From a virus (Duplodnaviria; Caudoviricetes): 64,000 nucleotides of DNA. The notes under the pieces were generated by a model that saw only the letters and a list, made by a program, of their open reading frames with translations, did not search any database and had not been told where the DNA came from. Shown here piece after piece: positions 60,030 to 64,000 of the stretch; position 1 is the stretch's first letter; the number at the start of each line of letters is the position of its first letter. Position numbers and translations under genes: made by a program. The stretch lies in the IMG/VR virus record IMGVR_UViG_3300024272_002379, one strand, 5' to 3'.

Positions 60030-60903
60030 TAGAAATTAGTCTCCCTTGCCCAATCATCATAACTGTAATTATCAATGCCCTTAACACCTGCTGCTACTAT
60101 ATTAATACCTCTGATAGTATTGTCAGCTTCTTCAAACTGGTCTTTTAATCTACCAAGTAAGTTATCAATATATGGTAGTTAGTGCTTTTCTCAATAGCAA
60201 TATCGCCTACTTCTTTTCTGACTGAACCATATCTATACGAAATACCATAGTATCTTGCCATTACAAGGTCTATTTCTGTTTTGAATTTAACCCAGTTTCT
60301 GATAGCACGATATGTTGTTGTATAATTACCGTCATTATCTATTTCATAAGTTACGTTTTCAACAGCTTCGTCCTGATTTGCCAATTCATCAATCAATTCT
60401 ACTACTTCTACGCTGTTTCTATAAATCATTGAATTTATGTATTCTTCTGTAAAGCCTTCAATGAACTCGCCAATGTCTTCCCATATTTTTTTAGAACTAA
60501 CAAATAATGGATTTAACTTAGATACAAAGTACCACTTAAAGATTTCTTTATCTATACAGATTTGCACTTCGTATTTGTTATTTTCCTTTAATCGTTTTAC
60601 AGTTCCGTATTTCTTATACAAAGCATTTGGCTTATCGGCTCTTCCTGTAGATACAATTTCAAGATTTACTTTATTAGAAGCAATATTTGAAATAACAGAT
60701 ACGATATCTCCTTCATTTAACGGATTATGAAAGATTACCTTACCAGTATCTTGTACGGTAAGGTAATCTTTATCTTCTCCCAGGGTTTGGAGATTTCCGT
60801 TAATAAATACAGATATTGTATCATTAATGAAAGGCTTTTCGATATTAAAAACTTGCTGCCCATCAGTAGCTGTAAAATTTTCATTAATCGAATAATGCCT
60901 CAT
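60029..60903 (-). CDS. head-tail adaptor / neck protein, apparently frameshifted at ~60180 (ORF track ends it at 60145)
   Basis: N-terminal beta-sandwich, KEVGDIAIE adaptor-like motif; the alternative frame 60178-60029 gives 49 further codons ending in a TAATG overlap with the next gene. Confidence 0.6.
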
Positions 60904-60916
60904 GATACATCACCTA

Positions 60917-61258
60917 TTATCCTTCGTCTTTTTTGCCTTGTAACTGAGAATGTAAATTCACCATGGTATGTATACTTGGAACCTCAGGATGTAATTTTTC
61001 TGTCATTATCATTGTGTATTCAAGATTACTAAGACGTTTTTCATGGTCTTCAATCTTGCTATCCTGGCTTTCAAGATGGTCCCATATTCTTTTATGGCTT
61101 TTATTGTTGTCCTCTTCCATTTTATCAATTGCATTTTGCAGAACTTCTACAGAATTGTTTAACTTAATAATGCTTGTATTAAGTTTCATCATAGGGCCTG
61201 TAACTGCAACAACGAAACTGAAGAGAGCAGCTATACCTAAGAAAATCTCCCATGTCAT
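60917..61258 (-). CDS. XhlA/holin-like membrane protein
   Basis: N-terminal hydrophobic helix plus coiled coil ending HEKRLSNLE. Confidence 0.5.
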   Translation of the reverse strand: MTWEIFLGIAALFSFVVAVTGPMMKLNTSIIKLNNSVEVLQNAIDKMEEDNNKSHKRIWDHLESQDSKIEDHEKRLSNLEYTMIMTEKLHPEVPSIHTMVNLHSQLQGKKDEG

Positions 61259-61284
61259 AGCCTAATATCTCCTTTCGTCAACTA

Positions 61285-62073
61285 TTATGGAGTAGTAGTG
61301 CCATCATCTGTTGTATATGTTACAACGTCTTTCAATGCTTCTGTGATTGCAGCATTTACGGCTGGAAGAACGGCGTTAGTAACGTAGTTTACTAATGCTT
61401 CTTCTGTAACAAGTTTTTCAGCAGATGGAGCTTCGCCACCGTCGGCTGTACCATCACCATCATTAATGGTTGTGGCTTTTTCAATGTATACACCATCAGC
61501 ACCTACTTTAAGAGATGCTTCATCGGCTTTGACTTTAAGATTAGCAGTAATCTTATTATCTGTACCTGTAACCATCTCAATGGAGTCAGTAGATTCAAAT
61601 GTATATACACTCTGCAAGTAGTTCTTAAGCGAGATAAAGTAGTAAGTTTCGCCACCATCTTCACCGTCAGTATCTGCTGTGAATAACAAACCGATATCAC
61701 CTTCTACAGTACCTTCTGGTAATGTGATAGCAGAGTTAGTCAAATCGTCGGCTGTAATTGTATGACTTACTACTTTTCTAAAGAATGAAGTTGTAAGAAC
61801 ACCAGAAATGTTGCTTACTTTAGCTGTTACATAGTCAACGATAGCTTTTGTACTAGCAACAGAAGTATCATCACCTGTATAATCTGTACCAGTCATATCT
61901 GTTATGATATCTTCAAAAGCATCTGCTGTGGCATCGAATAATTTTGTTGTTCCAAGATAACCGATACCTGTATTGAGTAAATAGAAAGTCATAGCATCTT
62001 TTGTAGTAATCGCATCATACTGTGCCTGTGGGTCAGTACCTGTGAGTATTTTAAACTGAAATCTGCTTGCCAT
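61285..62073 (-). CDS. acidic Thr-rich structural protein (fibre/decoration?)
   Basis: AQYDAITTKDAMTFY motif, repeated KAIVDYV/EALVNYV; AAGGAGG RBS and own promoter. Confidence 0.55.
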   Translation of the reverse strand: MASRFQFKILTGTDPQAQYDAITTKDAMTFYLLNTGIGYLGTTKLFDATADAFEDIITDMTGTDYTGDDTSVASTKAIVDYVTAKVSNISGVLTTSFFRKVVSHTITADDLTNSAITLPEGTVEGDIGLLFTADTDGEDGGETYYFISLKNYLQSVYTFESTDSIEMVTGTDNKITANLKVKADEASLKVGADGVYIEKATTINDGDGTADGGEAPSAEKLVTEEALVNYVTNAVLPAVNAAITEALKDVVTYTTDDGTTTP

Positions 62074-62108
62074 TATTGAGTCCTCCTTTTTAATAATATT
62101 CTTTATAT

Positions 62109-62137
62109 ATTATAATATACCTTCGATATTAAATCAA
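62109..62137 (-). promoter_or_regulatory. sigmaA-type promoter
   Basis: TTGATT-N17-TATAAT upstream of the 62073 start; a 9-bp inverted repeat overlaps the -35. Confidence 0.55.
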
Positions 62138-62158
62138 AAGATATATTTAATATTTATC

Positions 62159-62986
62159 TTATTGTTGTTCTTGATAAGGTTCTTTTGTTATCATTTCATA
62201 CTCTTCTTTTGTGATAACATTTTTGCCTACCATATTGTAGACTCTTGTTTGACTCCAAAGTTTATTATCAAAATAGTTTTTAATGTCATGATACTTGTAA
62301 CTATACTCATCAGTAGGCATAGCTGGATAATCATCTAATATAACTCCTGACATTAAAGCAATATAGTCAATATCTGCTCTTTGCTGTTTTACGTGCGTAG
62401 GTAATTCCTGAATAAATTGTTCTTCTGCTTTTTGCTCAGCATTAGCTTTTTCGTCAGCTATTCTCTGAGCTTCTAATTCATCATATTTTTCTTGAGAAAA
62501 AGTCCATTCTTTTATAATAACGATTTTTTCAACGTCTTCATATACCAGATTACCTTTTTCGTCAATTTTATTTGATATAAAAATTTTAGCTCTTTCTTCA
62601 TCAGTTAAAGCTTCGTATTCTTCTTTGGTTAATTCAATTTGAACGACTTTAGGTATCTGAGTAATAACAACATTCTCCTTCTCTTCATCAGATAAAGCAT
62701 TGTATTCTTCTTCTGTAATTTCATTAATTACCTCAGCACCTTCTTCGTCAATTGTTTTAATTTCATAATGAGTATCGAATTCTGTTTCGCTTTCTGTATA
62801 TTTCAAGTACGCTTTTGCAGGCACTTGTTCTATTTCAATCTCTTCTCTGAAATTGATATAATAACATAATGCATTCTCTTCTGGAGGAAGTGAAGGCATA
62901 TCTATACCGTTTTGAATTTTTCCTATTTTTGCATAAGCATTCTGGTAAAAATAATTTTCATCTACTTTTACACTATACATTTTCAA
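62159..62986 (-). CDS. tail fibre assembly-type protein with a C-terminal XkdX domain
   Basis: IKNYFDNKLWS...VGKNVITKEEYEMITKEPY is XkdX-like; RADIDYIALMSGV precedes it. Confidence 0.75.
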   Translation of the reverse strand: MKMYSVKVDENYFYQNAYAKIGKIQNGIDMPSLPPEENALCYYINFREEIEIEQVPAKAYLKYTESETEFDTHYEIKTIDEEGAEVINEITEEEYNALSDEEKENVVITQIPKVVQIELTKEEYEALTDEERAKIFISNKIDEKGNLVYEDVEKIVIIKEWTFSQEKYDELEAQRIADEKANAEQKAEEQFIQELPTHVKQQRADIDYIALMSGVILDDYPAMPTDEYSYKYHDIKNYFDNKLWSQTRVYNMVGKNVITKEEYEMITKEPYQEQQ

Positions 62987-62996
62987 ATCTCCTTTA

Positions 62997-64000
62997 CTAC
63001 ATTTTTAAGAAAATTCCATTATAAGTAGCTTTATCTGGATATGTTGCGTCTACACCAATATCCTCTGGAATATAGTAAGTTTCGCCATCTATCGTATAAT
63101 ATTGCCCCCTGGTAAATGTATGGTATTTTTCACTTATTTCTCCAACAATTAAGTTATCGAATACAATCAAACCATTAAGAGCTTGAAGTTTTATCTTAGC
63201 AAATTTTGTATTATCAATGCCAAGATACTCATTCATAAATGGATACTTATCTATATTAAAAGTACGCATTACTTCCATATCTTGTTCATATAAGTTATTG
63301 CCAGTTTTAATGTCCCATACAGATATTCTGGTAAACATATTGGTAATATTGTCACTATATGCATTATCCAAAGCGATATTATTGGACAATATAGTAGGCG
63401 ATAAAGTTGTTAACAATACTTCGCTATTTAAACAATCTATACCTTTAATAAAAAAACCAATTGGAAACTCATTAACATATCCGTCATGTAAAGTACTATA
63501 AGTAAGATATAAGTAATTGTCATTATAGTAAAGATTTATTTTGTATTTTATAGTATTTCTTAATGTATAACTTTCGCACAAAGAAGCTATAAGATTAAAA
63601 CCTATAAAATTATAAATTTCTCCATATCCTGTATGGCCACCACTGGCAGTGAAATACGCATTCTGATAAGTTCCAGAAAGATTTGTAGCTGAATAATTTA
63701 TATGATAATCATGAATAAATCTATTAAAAGATTTATTAAAGCCATTTACATGATAAGTGCTACTTGTCACTTCAGAACCGTTTGCCCAGTATCCATTTAT
63801 TTCTTTCGTTCCATTATTAACTGCTGTACTTCCATTTGAATTGACTTGACTTGAACTCACTGCTCCGCCTTCATATATATTAGCACAAGGATTGCTTATA
63901 TAGTTTTCTTTATACAAAATAGGAACAATAGAATATCTTGCTTCTTGAACTGCTGTACTAGCTGCATATTGCACCTCGATACAGAAACAGTAAAATTTCT
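62997..64000 (-). CDS. C-terminal part of a probable fibre/receptor-binding protein (5' end outside the window)
   Basis: Frame stays open upstream of GTG 63974 to the window edge (KFYCFCIEVQYA); lies directly upstream of the XkdX gene. Confidence 0.55.
   Translation of the reverse strand, partial: KFYCFCIEVQYAASTAVQEARYSIVPILYKENYISNPCANIYEGGAVSSSQVNSNGSTAVNNGTKEINGYWANGSEVTSSTYHVNGFNKSFNRFIHDYHINYSATNLSGTYQNAYFTASGGHTGYGEIYNFIGFNLIASLCESYTLRNTIKYKINLYYNDNYLYLTYSTLHDGYVNEFPIGFFIKGIDCLNSEVLLTTLSPTILSNNIALDNAYSDNITNMFTRISVWDIKTGNNLYEQDMEVMRTFNIDKYPFMNEYLGIDNTKFAKIKLQALNGLIVFDNLIVGEISEKYHTFTRGQYYTIDGETYYIPEDIGVDATYPDKATYNGIFLKM

Noticed and set aside
4879-63501. Many short plus-strand ORFs and nested minus-strand ORFs in the ORF track
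   Set aside because: They lie within or antisense to long, RBS-supported minus-strand genes and show no recognisable motifs; treated as shadow ORFs
1-64000. CRISPR array, tRNA or rRNA genes
   Set aside because: Intergenic gaps are short (about 115 nt at most); no spaced direct repeats or cloverleaf seen by eye
1-64000. Stop-codon reassignment (TAG/TGA recoding)
   Set aside because: ORFs up to 9.4 kb are uninterrupted in code 11, and TAG stops are followed by an RBS and a new start

Overview
An AT-rich, very gene-dense segment of a large (probably jumbo) contractile-tailed bacteriophage genome. Essentially all real genes lie on the minus strand in one head-to-tail morphogenesis cluster. Strong AGGAGG-type RBSs, sigmaA-like promoters and the cell-wall enzymes suggest a Firmicutes host (inference). 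In transcription order (64 kb to 0) it holds: fibre/XkdX genes, neck proteins, two tail-sheath paralogs, a tail tube plus tube-fold paralogs fused to peptidoglycan-binding domains, two tail assembly chaperones, two giant tape-measure-position proteins, a triple peptidoglycan-hydrolase hub, spike/wedge/baseplate-J genes, a cluster of small putative receptor-binding proteins with an inserted folD, tail fibres, an NTase, an M15 peptidase and very large baseplate/adhesin proteins. Main findings: (1) a 3148-aa protein with an N-terminal DEDDh exonuclease and a two-barrel RNA polymerase active site (RYP...NVDFDGD), next to a 1994-aa protein with an intact-looking PD-(D/E)XK nuclease and a degenerate thermonuclease, together a likely ejected transcription/nuclease payload; (2) six small proteins with different binding domains that share one short helical tag (consensus xKxxVxxAIxNH[E/K]L), also echoed at the N-terminus of the embedded FolD; (3) a tail-tube fold split over two ORFs; (4) a one-base frameshift in the head-tail adaptor. 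All family assignments come from motif recognition by eye; no searches were run.
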